Shown one piece after another: positions 55,586 through 64,000 of a stretch of DNA of 64,000 nucleotides. The position numbers and the translations under genes are program-made. The notes under the pieces are model-generated. The model saw nothing but the letters and a program-made list of their open reading frames with translations, was not told where the DNA came from and did not search any database. Position 1 is the stretch's first letter. Each line of letters opens with the position of its first letter. The DNA comes from an uncultured bacterium (GTDB lineage: Bacteria; Verrucomicrobiota; Verrucomicrobiia; Verrucomicrobiales; DEV007), in NCBI GenBank assembly GCA_963977015.1, contig CAXBMO010000005.1, positions 1 through 64,000 of the forward strand, given 5' to 3'.

Positions 55586-56479
55586 ATGAATCACCTTCCC
55601 CCAGTCTCAACACCACCTCGCGAGCGGATCCTGACCTGGCTACTGAGTTTCGTCTTTCTGGCATCCCCTCTGGTTTGGGGACAGGCACCGCCCTTTCTCT
55701 CCCCCCCTCCAGATGCCGAAACGGAAGCAAATGAGGAGGGAGACGAACTTTCCCCGGAAGACAAGATCAACCAGTATCTTCAACGATTGGCCGAAACTCA
55801 AAAAGAGGAACGCCTCAAGCGAATGAGCGCCGTGATCGGGGATATTGATCGCGTTTGCCAACTGAGCGACGAGCAAAAGAAAGTCCTGAACCTCGCGGCC
55901 AAGGGAGCCACTGACAAAGGCTTGGATGGCTGGAGAACGCGAATGGATGCGTGGGTTCGGGATCGCGCCCGCCATTCCGACCAAGACATCGACGAGTTCT
56001 TGTCCGGCGTGGGAAATGTCCGCTTTGGGGAATCCAGGCAATGGGCACCTGAGCGTCAGGCAATCTGGACGAATTCCCTCAAAGAAACCCTGACCAATCC
56101 CCAACGAGAAGCTTATTGGAATGATCTGAAAGCGCGATTGGCCTTTAAGCACGAATCCATGGCTCGCGTCATCGTCGCCGATTTGGATCGTCATCTGAAG
56201 TTTTCGGCAGAACAACGCAGCATGGTGCTGACCAAGATGATTGCTTCATCCGAGAAGTATTGGGAGCGACTGGAAGAATGGTCGGGAGACGAAGACAATC
56301 TACCGCTCTACCAGATGGGTGCTCTTGTCGGAGCGATCAGCAATGACGAGCTGAAAACCATTCTCAACGAAAACCAATTGGATGGCTGGCAACGATACTT
56401 CGCCCGGCATTCCGGCGTCTGGGACACGATCCGGGGACGTCCCGAACCTCAGTTGGATCACCTTTTCCTTGCGCCTTAG
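55586..56479 (+). CDS. Exported alpha-helical hypothetical protein (paralog 1)
   Basis: Signal peptide; repeated L[ST]xxQ helix caps; similar to the next gene. Confidence 0.8.
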   Translation: MNHLPPVSTPPRERILTWLLSFVFLASPLVWGQAPPFLSPPPDAETEANEEGDELSPEDKINQYLQRLAETQKEERLKRMSAVIGDIDRVCQLSDEQKKVLNLAAKGATDKGLDGWRTRMDAWVRDRARHSDQDIDEFLSGVGNVRFGESRQWAPERQAIWTNSLKETLTNPQREAYWNDLKARLAFKHESMARVIVADLDRHLKFSAEQRSMVLTKMIASSEKYWERLEEWSGDEDNLPLYQMGALVGAISNDELKTILNENQLDGWQRYFARHSGVWDTIRGRPEPQLDHLFLAP

Positions 56480-56488
56480 CAATCAGGA

Positions 56489-57277
56489 ATGACATCGCCT
56501 CACCTCAACTTCTTGCTCGTGATCTCTTGGCTGACTTTAACAGTTGGCCTTAAGGGAGAAGATCCAATTGTGCTCGAAGGGCTCGATTTGGACATCATCC
56601 TGGATGGAAGCCCATTCGATGGTGAAAAACCTTCCAATGAGACGATGCGCCCCCTCAAGCTCGCCACTGAAGATGCGCGTCGAGAGATGCTCAGCTACAT
56701 GAAGGGCCAAATTGCCGACTTGGAGACGGCCTGCAATTTGAGTAGTCAGCAAAAACGCCGCCTTACAACTGCGGCAAAAGGGGCCATCGACTCATCCATG
56801 GAACAGTGGGTACGAAAAATTGAGAGCTGGGGATGGATCGAGAGGAGCGGACGGCTCGACCGCGACACTGCCCGCAGATTCCTCACCAACGTTGGTGCGT
56901 CGGAGTCCGCCGTGATTCGGAACAAGATCTGGATTGATGCCGTTGAGTCGACACTCAGCCCGTCGCAACAAGCTCAACGCAGTTCGGTTCTCAGCCAGCG
57001 AGCGATCAGCAAACGCAAAAACGCCGTCCAAATGGCGGCCAATCGACTGGGGGAAGAACTCGACTTGAATCCTGATCAACTGAAACTGGTCACCCAACTG
57101 ATGGATGAAAAAATTGGCCGGCGACTTGCCCGACAGGAGAATCCCCCGGAGAGCGTCATCGCCTTCGCACGATTTCTCCCACTCGATGACCTGAAAACGA
57201 TCCTGAATGAGGACCAATTTCAACAATGGGAGCAATTTCTGGAACATGCTCCTGAAAACGAACCTGTCGGATTTTGA
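56489..57277 (+). CDS. Exported alpha-helical hypothetical protein (paralog 2)
   Basis: Signal peptide; shares CxLSxxQKxxLxxAAKGA and LKTILNExQ with the previous gene. Confidence 0.8.
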   Translation: MTSPHLNFLLVISWLTLTVGLKGEDPIVLEGLDLDIILDGSPFDGEKPSNETMRPLKLATEDARREMLSYMKGQIADLETACNLSSQQKRRLTTAAKGAIDSSMEQWVRKIESWGWIERSGRLDRDTARRFLTNVGASESAVIRNKIWIDAVESTLSPSQQAQRSSVLSQRAISKRKNAVQMAANRLGEELDLNPDQLKLVTQLMDEKIGRRLARQENPPESVIAFARFLPLDDLKTILNEDQFQQWEQFLEHAPENEPVGF

Positions 57278-58311
57278 TGAAGAATTTTTGGATTACCTTC
57301 ATCGTTAGCTCGTTTTTCTTCCTGAATTTGGCAAACGCTCAGAGCCCATTGATCCGCTACGGTTCCAAGGTTCCCGCCGAGGTCGAAACCATTTACGAAC
57401 GCGGACTTGGTTGGCTGGTTCAGAACCAGGGGGAAAGTGGAAGTTGGGAAGGTGATGGAGAACACGGCATTACCGGCATGTGCGTCATGGCGATGATGGC
57501 GAGTGGTCAGGATCCCAATTTTGGCCGCTACAGCACTCCAATTCGACGCGCCATACGCCACATGATCATGGGCCAGGATCCCAAAACCGGCTATCTTGGC
57601 GACAGCATGTATCATCATGGTTTTGCCATGCTGGGATTGTCCGAGGCCTACGGCGCGGTGGATGACACGCTCATTTGGGAAGGAAGTGAAGATCAAAATC
57701 GGAGACGAAGCATTGGTGAAGCACTGGAATTGGCGGTGAGCTGCGCTGCCATTTCTCAAAAGAACAATCGCTGGGGCGGCTGGCGGTATTCTCCCGAGTC
57801 CAGCGATGCAGATACCTCCGTGACCGGGGCGGTGTTGATGGGGTTGCTCGCGGCTCGCAACGCAGGGTTGGAAGTCCCGGATGAGGTGGTGGAAAAGGCG
57901 CTTGGCTACTTTAAACAAAGCACCGGCCCAACGGGGATGGTGGCCTACACCGGCGGCTTGGGCGGGATGGGCGAATCGATGAACCGCTCAGCCATCGGTG
58001 CCCTTGTCTATGCGGTCGGGAGGAAGAAGGAGTGGCCGGAATATGGCGCAACGCTGAAGCACATCACGGACCGGCTCGAACATCCGGAAAGCGGCTATCC
58101 CCATTATTTTCGTTACTACATGGCTCAGGCTCTGTTTCAGGGCAATTTCGAGGCTTGGGAAAGCTGGAATCGGGAAACCGCCCGTCTTCTCAGCCAAACG
58201 CAGCAGGAAGACGGCAGTTTTCCTGGCAGCCACGGAGATGCGTATGGAACTGCGATGTCCATGCTCGCACTCGCCCTCAACTACCGCCTCTTACCCATTT
58301 ACGAGCGATGA
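57277..58311 (+). CDS. Prenyltransferase/squalene-oxidase repeat (alpha/alpha barrel) protein, exported
   Basis: QW-like repeats GLGWLVQNQGESGSW, SQKNNRWGGWRY and QQEDGSF; MYHHGFA and ADTSVTG motifs; signal peptide; TGATG overlap. Confidence 0.88.
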   Translation: MKNFWITFIVSSFFFLNLANAQSPLIRYGSKVPAEVETIYERGLGWLVQNQGESGSWEGDGEHGITGMCVMAMMASGQDPNFGRYSTPIRRAIRHMIMGQDPKTGYLGDSMYHHGFAMLGLSEAYGAVDDTLIWEGSEDQNRRRSIGEALELAVSCAAISQKNNRWGGWRYSPESSDADTSVTGAVLMGLLAARNAGLEVPDEVVEKALGYFKQSTGPTGMVAYTGGLGGMGESMNRSAIGALVYAVGRKKEWPEYGATLKHITDRLEHPESGYPHYFRYYMAQALFQGNFEAWESWNRETARLLSQTQQEDGSFPGSHGDAYGTAMSMLALALNYRLLPIYER

Positions 58312-61300
58312 AAAACACCTTTCAAATTCATCGCACGATGCGGGAGTACGCATCCGTTGTCGCAATGGTCATCGCAGCACTGCTGCTGTGCCCGGAATCT
58401 GGGGCACAAACCACGAACCTGCCCGGGGAATTGGTTTGGACGAACGGCGACAAGCTGGTTGGGAAACTGGTGGGAGCAAGAAACGACCAGATTCATTGGA
58501 GTTCCGAGATTTTCGCGGAGCCGATCGTCCTCGACACCGCCCACCTGGAATCGATCGAGCTTTTTTCCGAAAAAGAAACCGCATCCGGTGGCCCTTTCCG
58601 AGCCAGTTTAGTCAATGGTGATGTGATCCACGGTTCACTGATTCATTTGAACGATACCTGGATCACGATGGAAAGCTCCCGCCACGGCACCATCAAGATC
58701 AAGCGCGACAGCGTGATTCATCTCCGACGACTGAACCATCCTTCCCTGATCTTTTTGGGCCCCAATGGCCGCGAAGGCTGGAGCGTGCAAAGCCGGCGCA
58801 CGAGTGTCAACTTCTGGGGAATGCGTCCCGGAGGAGGTCTCTACTCGCCCCGTTGGCGATCTGAGTTATTTCGCCGCTTGATCTACCCGGAGAAGGTTGA
58901 GGTAGAGGTCATGCTTCGTTCCAGCGAACGCCCCGAATTTACGATTGCTCTCGACCAACGACTCGATACCACCGTGCGGCTCGAAACGTGGGATGATGAG
59001 TTGGTCGTAACCCGCGGAACCGACTTTTCGCCGGTCATGACGTTAGGCAAAAACGACAGGTCGGTTCATCTTCGCTTGTTTTGGGATCGTCAGGCTGGTG
59101 AAATGTTTATCCATTCGGGGGACGGCACCCAATTGGCGCGTCTGCCGGCCAAAACGGATTCCAACTCGACAAAGAACGATGCGTTCTATCTTCTCAACAA
59201 AGGAATCGACCTGGAATTGGGCAAATTGCGCATTTCCAAATGGAATGGCCGTCCGCCGGTGAAGGTTCGAAATGACGAAGGTCACGTTCGTTTGCTCGAT
59301 GGCGAATTTGCCTACGGGGCCGTGACGGGCCTGACAGCCTCCGATGGAAGTATCACGCTTTCCGGCGGCAAACGCGTGCCGCTTGACCGCATCGACACCA
59401 TCCGTTTCAGCAATCCGGCCACGGCCACGCCCAAGCAGCAGCCCGTTGAGATGACGTTCGCGGATGGCTCCCTGCTTTCCGGGACGCTCGCCGGAATCTC
59501 GAACGGAAAAGTCCTTCTTCAAACTCCCTACACGGATCAGCCCATTCCATCCGGTCTGCAGGAAGCTCGACAATTGCGGTTCCGGAAGGATTCCGCTCCT
59601 CCGATCGATACCTCGGACCAGCTCCACACTTCCGAAAAAGTATTGCACGGCTCCATTGCGGGCGGTGCTGGCCCAAACCCGATTCGCTGGCGGCCACTGG
59701 GTGCCGTTGAGCCGGTTTCGTTGGCGCCGGGAATTCCCGCCAGGATGGTCCGAACCCGCACTCAATCCGTCGGGAACCTGGATGGTGACCGCGTTTTTCT
59801 CAGCAGTGGTGAAATTGTCTCCTGCCGGGTCGCGAGCATGAATGGAACGGAGATGAAGCTTTCCAGCAGTTTCTCAGAAATCGAGACCCTTCCGGGAAGC
59901 CAGATTCGTGCGGTTGAATTTCGCGAAGGGCGTCTGCAACTTTCAGGATTCCGGGATCGCGCTTGGACCAAAATGCCGATCGATGGCGGTAAGAGCCTGC
60001 GCGAAGCCGAGAGGCTCGTTCTCGATGGAGGCGGCATTGCTCACCCATCCATTTTGCGGGCTGACGAGATTGCGTTTGACCTGAAATGGCTCAAAACAGA
60101 GCAAGGCGGCGTCACCTTGAGCCTTTTTGCTCAGGAACTCCTCGATACCCCGGCACCGCTCGACATCAGCTTCAGTTGTTGGAGCAATCGCCTTTGGGTT
60201 GCCGGAATGGAACCAACTTTGGGCAACAATTTGGGCGGCGACGATATCAATATCGAGAACGGATATGCCCAAGTCATGATTCGGGCGACGACCGACCGGG
60301 TTTTTGTCTGGGTGAATGGCAAGCAGCTTGTGAATCTCCATTTGGACGCCAAAAAGCGACTCGGAAATGGCCTCCGAATTTGGAGCGGTGGACCGTGGTT
60401 CGAAGCCGGAGCGAAACTCAGTAGCGTCACGATTCAGAAATTTGAGGTTCGCAGCAGCACCGGACTCTTGGCGCCCCTGCGTGTTGATGACAGCGCCAAA
60501 GAACACGTTCTCGCAACCCCCAGATTTCGACGCGACAATCCCGACACTCACGTCTTGATCGCTCCGAACGGAGACCTTCTCCGGGGACGACTGGGCGACG
60601 CCAACAGCGAACAGATCGGCTTCACGTCTCGACTGAAAGAGTTTCAATTTCCGCGAGAGCGCGTCGCAGGTCTGGTTTCCCTGGAATCAAGCGATAGTAC
60701 CCTTCCCCAGTTGGAGAACGAAGCCCGCGTGGTTCTGAACGACGGAGCCGTGATTCGGCTCGTTCCAACGGAAATGAGCGCGACAATCCTCAAGGGTAAA
60801 TCTCCCAGCCTCGGCGACTGTGAGCTGCCTGTCGCCGCCATCCGCCAAATTCACCTTGCCGAAGTCGAGCCGATTCCGGATCAATTGATCTATGCCGACT
60901 GGACTCGGCAGGAACCGCGGGAACCCGTCATCCCAAAGGCCGGTGCTCCGGGAACACAATCTCAGATGATCGGCAAAGCGGCTCCTCCTTTTCGATTGCC
61001 CTTACTCTCGGGGGAAACCTTCGACCTCGAAGAGCAGCGTGGGCAGCTTGTCGTCTTGGAGTTTTGGGCCACTTGGTGCGGCCCATGTCAGGCAGCTTTT
61101 CCAGAGTATCTGGAGGCATTGGGACATTTCAATCCTGATGAGGTCCGGTTCATCACCGTCAACCAGGCGGAACCCGCCGCGATCGTGAAACCGTACCTGA
61201 AACGCCACAACTGGAATTTCGAGGTCGCTCTCGACTCTCGCGAATCAGTCGCTCGGAAATACGGAGTTCAGGGCATTCCCCACACCGTGTTGATTGATCG

Positions 61301-61409
61301 AGAAGGCAAGGTGGCCTGGGTTCAAACCGGTTTCGTTCCCGGAGTTGGCGAGGAACTCAAGAACGTCATCACAGAGCTTCTCAATCCCAGCGAGCCTGGC
61401 TCGAATTGA
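58308..61409 (+). CDS. Large exported repeat protein with C-terminal TlpA/ResA thioredoxin domain
   Basis: ATGA overlap with the upstream gene; repeated [ND]Gxxhx G modules; C-terminal LEFWATWCGPC and YGVQGIPHTVLID. Confidence 0.88.
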   Translation: MKNTFQIHRTMREYASVVAMVIAALLLCPESGAQTTNLPGELVWTNGDKLVGKLVGARNDQIHWSSEIFAEPIVLDTAHLESIELFSEKETASGGPFRASLVNGDVIHGSLIHLNDTWITMESSRHGTIKIKRDSVIHLRRLNHPSLIFLGPNGREGWSVQSRRTSVNFWGMRPGGGLYSPRWRSELFRRLIYPEKVEVEVMLRSSERPEFTIALDQRLDTTVRLETWDDELVVTRGTDFSPVMTLGKNDRSVHLRLFWDRQAGEMFIHSGDGTQLARLPAKTDSNSTKNDAFYLLNKGIDLELGKLRISKWNGRPPVKVRNDEGHVRLLDGEFAYGAVTGLTASDGSITLSGGKRVPLDRIDTIRFSNPATATPKQQPVEMTFADGSLLSGTLAGISNGKVLLQTPYTDQPIPSGLQEARQLRFRKDSAPPIDTSDQLHTSEKVLHGSIAGGAGPNPIRWRPLGAVEPVSLAPGIPARMVRTRTQSVGNLDGDRVFLSSGEIVSCRVASMNGTEMKLSSSFSEIETLPGSQIRAVEFREGRLQLSGFRDRAWTKMPIDGGKSLREAERLVLDGGGIAHPSILRADEIAFDLKWLKTEQGGVTLSLFAQELLDTPAPLDISFSCWSNRLWVAGMEPTLGNNLGGDDINIENGYAQVMIRATTDRVFVWVNGKQLVNLHLDAKKRLGNGLRIWSGGPWFEAGAKLSSVTIQKFEVRSSTGLLAPLRVDDSAKEHVLATPRFRRDNPDTHVLIAPNGDLLRGRLGDANSEQIGFTSRLKEFQFPRERVAGLVSLESSDSTLPQLENEARVVLNDGAVIRLVPTEMSATILKGKSPSLGDCELPVAAIRQIHLAEVEPIPDQLIYADWTRQEPREPVIPKAGAPGTQSQMIGKAAPPFRLPLLSGETFDLEEQRGQLVVLEFWATWCGPCQAAFPEYLEALGHFNPDEVRFITVNQAEPAAIVKPYLKRHNWNFEVALDSRESVARKYGVQGIPHTVLIDREGKVAWVQTGFVPGVGEELKNVITELLNPSEPGSN

Positions 61410-61414
61410 TCCGG

Positions 61415-62404
61415 CTACTTCTTGGCAAACGCCTCGAAAGCTTCGGAAATCTTCGCCGACTTCTCATCGCCTTCGTGAAAAATGACGCGATAGCGCAGGG
61501 CAAATGAATCGCCGTTTTTCAGTTCAAAGGTGCCATCTTCCAGTTTCGCGACGCTCTTCATTCCGAACGGGTTTGCGGTGAAGAGCCCGTAACCCCGGAC
61601 GTGCCAGGGCGTTGGGTGGCGCATGTTCGTTGGATGATCCAGAATCGCGATTCCAACGTGGGAACCATCCACCGGTCCGTTGAAATCGCACCACTCCGCC
61701 CGCTTTCCCCAAGCGTCGCCGTCACGGTCTCCGAGACTATTGACGATCGTCCCTCCTTCCTTCGCCTCCACACACATGCTGTGGGCAACCCGGAGATTGA
61801 ACCCCGAATCCTTGGCATCACCGATCGTGACGCCGTTCTCGCCCCCCGTGAACTGAAGCGTCGCATCAACAATTCGCGATCCCGTTTCTTTATCGACCGA
61901 AAACTCAAAGGTTCGCACGTCTGACATCATCGTGTTACCCGAAGAGTCGCGATAATCATTCGTCACGATGAGAGTCGCAGAATTTCCTGACGCTTCCGCT
62001 GTTTTCACCGCCGTATGAGCCGTCGAACCGAGCACCTTTAGGCGTTTCTCCAATTCTTCCGGCCCTTTCTTGGAATAGCGCTCTTCCAGGGTCAATTTTT
62101 CGTGCCAAGTATCGAATCCATTCAACTCCTGATGACCAAACCAAAAGGATCGATGGTGAGGATGATCCTGCTTTTCCCCCTCCACATCCTTCATGGGGTA
62201 ATTCCGCGTCATCTCTTTCCCCGTTGGTCCAATCACCGGCCAAAAATACGGTTTGTTGGTGCCCTCTCCGAAGTGGTATTTCGTGAAGAGTTTGCCATCG
62301 ATCGAAATCTCAACGCCATCATCAGCCGTTTCGATCGAAAATTCCGCAGCATTGAGCGGACCAACCAGCAAGAGGGACAGAAAAAGAAGAGGGGCTAACT
62401 TCAT
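61415..62404 (-). CDS. PmoA-like (PF14100)/DUF6807 family secreted protein
   Basis: KPYFWP, DHPHHRSFWF, WGKRAEWCD and WHVRGYGLFTANPF motifs; signal peptide. Confidence 0.85.
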   Translation of the reverse strand: MKLAPLLFLSLLLVGPLNAAEFSIETADDGVEISIDGKLFTKYHFGEGTNKPYFWPVIGPTGKEMTRNYPMKDVEGEKQDHPHHRSFWFGHQELNGFDTWHEKLTLEERYSKKGPEELEKRLKVLGSTAHTAVKTAEASGNSATLIVTNDYRDSSGNTMMSDVRTFEFSVDKETGSRIVDATLQFTGGENGVTIGDAKDSGFNLRVAHSMCVEAKEGGTIVNSLGDRDGDAWGKRAEWCDFNGPVDGSHVGIAILDHPTNMRHPTPWHVRGYGLFTANPFGMKSVAKLEDGTFELKNGDSFALRYRVIFHEGDEKSAKISEAFEAFAKK

Positions 62405-62473
62405 CAGACACCATTTGTGGGGATCGCGAAATTGCAATCCCTCATCATCCCGATTTGCCCACCAAATCCGCGA

Positions 62474-62923
62474 TCAGCCCTGTCTTTCTTCTCCCCCGCC
62501 CGGCAAATCTTCCAGTTTATGGCGTCGAGTCTCCTCAATGAATTCGCGAATCCCCTTGAGATCGACCGACGAGGTCTCCTTCAAATATTCGCGCACTTCT
62601 TCAGACATGGGGCGGCCGGACTCCAGCGTATTCTGCGTTGGTGGGGCAACGCGTGGTGCCGGCGTTGAAGCCGCAGCGGCCGAAATGGCTTCGGCCTGAT
62701 GATTCAACTCAGCTTGCTTCTTCAACAATTTCTGTTTCTCGCGAAAAAAGCCAACCACGAACCCGAGCAAGGAGAAGAGCAAGGGCACGGCGTAAAGAAC
62801 AACCGAAGGGAGAACCTTAAACAGTCGCCCCGCGTCTCCCTGAAAAAACGCATACCCGCTTCCCACTATCAGCAGAAGAGAAGCGACGTAAAAAATGGCA
62901 GCATATACAAATCCCGTAGTCAT
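62474..62923 (-). CDS. Hypothetical membrane protein
   Basis: Two N-terminal TM segments and a charged tail; fills an intergenic gap without overlap. Confidence 0.7.
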   Translation of the reverse strand: MTTGFVYAAIFYVASLLLIVGSGYAFFQGDAGRLFKVLPSVVLYAVPLLFSLLGFVVGFFREKQKLLKKQAELNHQAEAISAAAASTPAPRVAPPTQNTLESGRPMSEEVREYLKETSSVDLKGIREFIEETRRHKLEDLPGGGEERQG

Positions 62924-63154
62924 GATCTCTACAAAGGTGACGCTGATTGAGCGAAATCGTATCTTCTAAAGTGGGGCAAATGCTCAATCTTGCAACCTCT
63001 AGTCGAAATTCCCCCACCAGAAGCGCCCCACAGCGAGGTTCCGCTTCCCCAGCCCATCCAATTCTCCGCATGACAAATCACTACACCTTGCTAAGGTCGC
63101 GCCGAAATCCCCCGCTAAAATAAGTAAAAACACACCTAAAAATCGACTGATTCG

Positions 63155-64000
63155 ATGGCTACCAAATACGTATACTCCTTCTCTCCCTCTGGCTCCGATG
63201 GGGATGGCAAACAGAAACCTCTCCTTGGCGGAAAAGGAGCAAACCTCGCTGAAATGTGCAACATCGGCCTGCCAGTTCCTGCAGGCTTCACGTTGAGCAC
63301 TGAAGTTTGCGTTGATTACTACAAAAACGACAAGAACTACCCCGCCGAGCTCGAACAGCAGGTCAACGACGCAGTAGCCAAGCTCGAAGCAGATCAAGGC
63401 AAAAAGTTTGGCGATCCTTCCAACCCGCTTCTCGTTTCCGTCCGCTCCGGCGCCCGCGAATCGATGCCCGGAATGATGGATACCATTTTGAACCTCGGCA
63501 TCAATGATGAAGTGGTTGCAGGTCTCGCGAAAAAGACCGGTAATGAGCGTTTCGCATGGGACAGCTACCGTCGTTTCCTTCAAATGTACGGCGACGTCGT
63601 CATGGGCGTCCAGGCCGGCGAAGGCGAAGATCACGAACCCTTTGAAGAAGTCATTCACGCCCTCAAAACCGAATTGGGTAAGGTGGAGGACAATGATCTT
63701 ACGACGGACGATCTCAAAGAACTCGTCACGCGCTTCAAGCACCTCATCAAATCGCACACCGGAGAAGATTTCCCGGAAGATCCAATGACCCAACTTTGGG
63801 GCGCTGCCAGCGCAGTGTTCAACTCCTGGGAAAACGATCGCGCGGTTGTTTATCGCCGGAAGTATGACATCCCCGCAGCTTGGGGAACGGCCGTCAACGT
63901 TCAGGCCATGGTCTTTGGCAACAGTGGTGACACGTCCGGAACTGGAGTCGCCTTCACTCGTGACCCCGCCAACGGTGAAAAGGTCTTCTACGGTGAATAC
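63155..64000 (+). CDS. ppdK: Pyruvate, phosphate dikinase, 3'-truncated by the window edge (absent from the ORF track)
   Basis: MATKYVYSF...[12 protein letters not shown]...[25 protein letters not shown]...[14 protein letters not shown]...TGVAFTRDP. Confidence 0.97.
   Translation, partial: MATKYVYSFSPSGSDGDGKQKPLLGGKGANLAEMCNIGLPVPAGFTLSTEVCVDYYKNDKNYPAELEQQVNDAVAKLEADQGKKFGDPSNPLLVSVRSGARESMPGMMDTILNLGINDEVVAGLAKKTGNERFAWDSYRRFLQMYGDVVMGVQAGEGEDHEPFEEVIHALKTELGKVEDNDLTTDDLKELVTRFKHLIKSHTGEDFPEDPMTQLWGAASAVFNSWENDRAVVYRRKYDIPAAWGTAVNVQAMVFGNSGDTSGTGVAFTRDPANGEKVFYGEY

Noticed and set aside
58032-58307. ORF-track N-terminal extension of the TlpA protein
   Set aside because: It overlaps the barrel gene; the ATGA-coupled start at 58308 is followed by a signal-like segment.
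57277-58311. Squalene-hopene cyclase / hopanoid synthesis
   Set aside because: About half the expected length, has a signal peptide, and lacks DxDD.
61415-62404. Methanotrophy inferred from the 'PmoA' family name
   Set aside because: Soluble secreted protein with no pmoB/pmoC nearby and none of the multi-TM character of true PmoA.
62999-63793. 264-aa minus-strand ORF
   Set aside because: Antisense to ppdK.
1-64000. CRISPR arrays, tRNA/rRNA genes, IS elements, integrases, prophage genes
   Set aside because: None recognised by eye; intergenic gaps are short and lack spaced direct repeats. tRNAscan/Infernal were not run, so small RNAs could be missed.

Overview
Gene-dense, GC-rich bacterial chromosome segment with a clear Verrucomicrobia/PVC signature: two PVC-type heme CxxCH dehydrogenase-like proteins, a Verru_Chthon cassette A-like protein, a PVC-type ECF sigma/FecR pair, DUF1080, SHD1-like and PQQ-propeller proteins. 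About 45 CDS were identified; no rRNA, tRNA, CRISPR array, transposase or prophage gene was recognised. Housekeeping genes: lepA-lepB, metX, ahpC, uxaA, pap (PPK2), phoU-like, an HtrA-family protease and the 5' part of ppdK. The best candidates for an undescribed system are: (1) a tetraether-synthase (Tes/GDGT-MAS/Mss)-like radical SAM gene translationally coupled to a divergent Lgt paralog, between phoU-like and PPK2 genes (28908-31006); (2) an ExbB-ExbD-ExbD motor operon whose TonB-like anchored partner ends in a vWA/MIDAS domain, followed by TPR and lectin-like proteins, with no TonB-dependent receptor (9178-16394); (3) a five-gene envelope operon (coiled-coil scaffold, tandem helical paralogs, exported prenyltransferase-fold barrel, repeat-TlpA protein; 52250-61409); (4) a 70-aa very basic protein that resembles a lineage-specific ribosomal protein (36331-36543). 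All calls come from reading motifs by eye; no searches were run, and several start codons were moved downstream of the ORF track.
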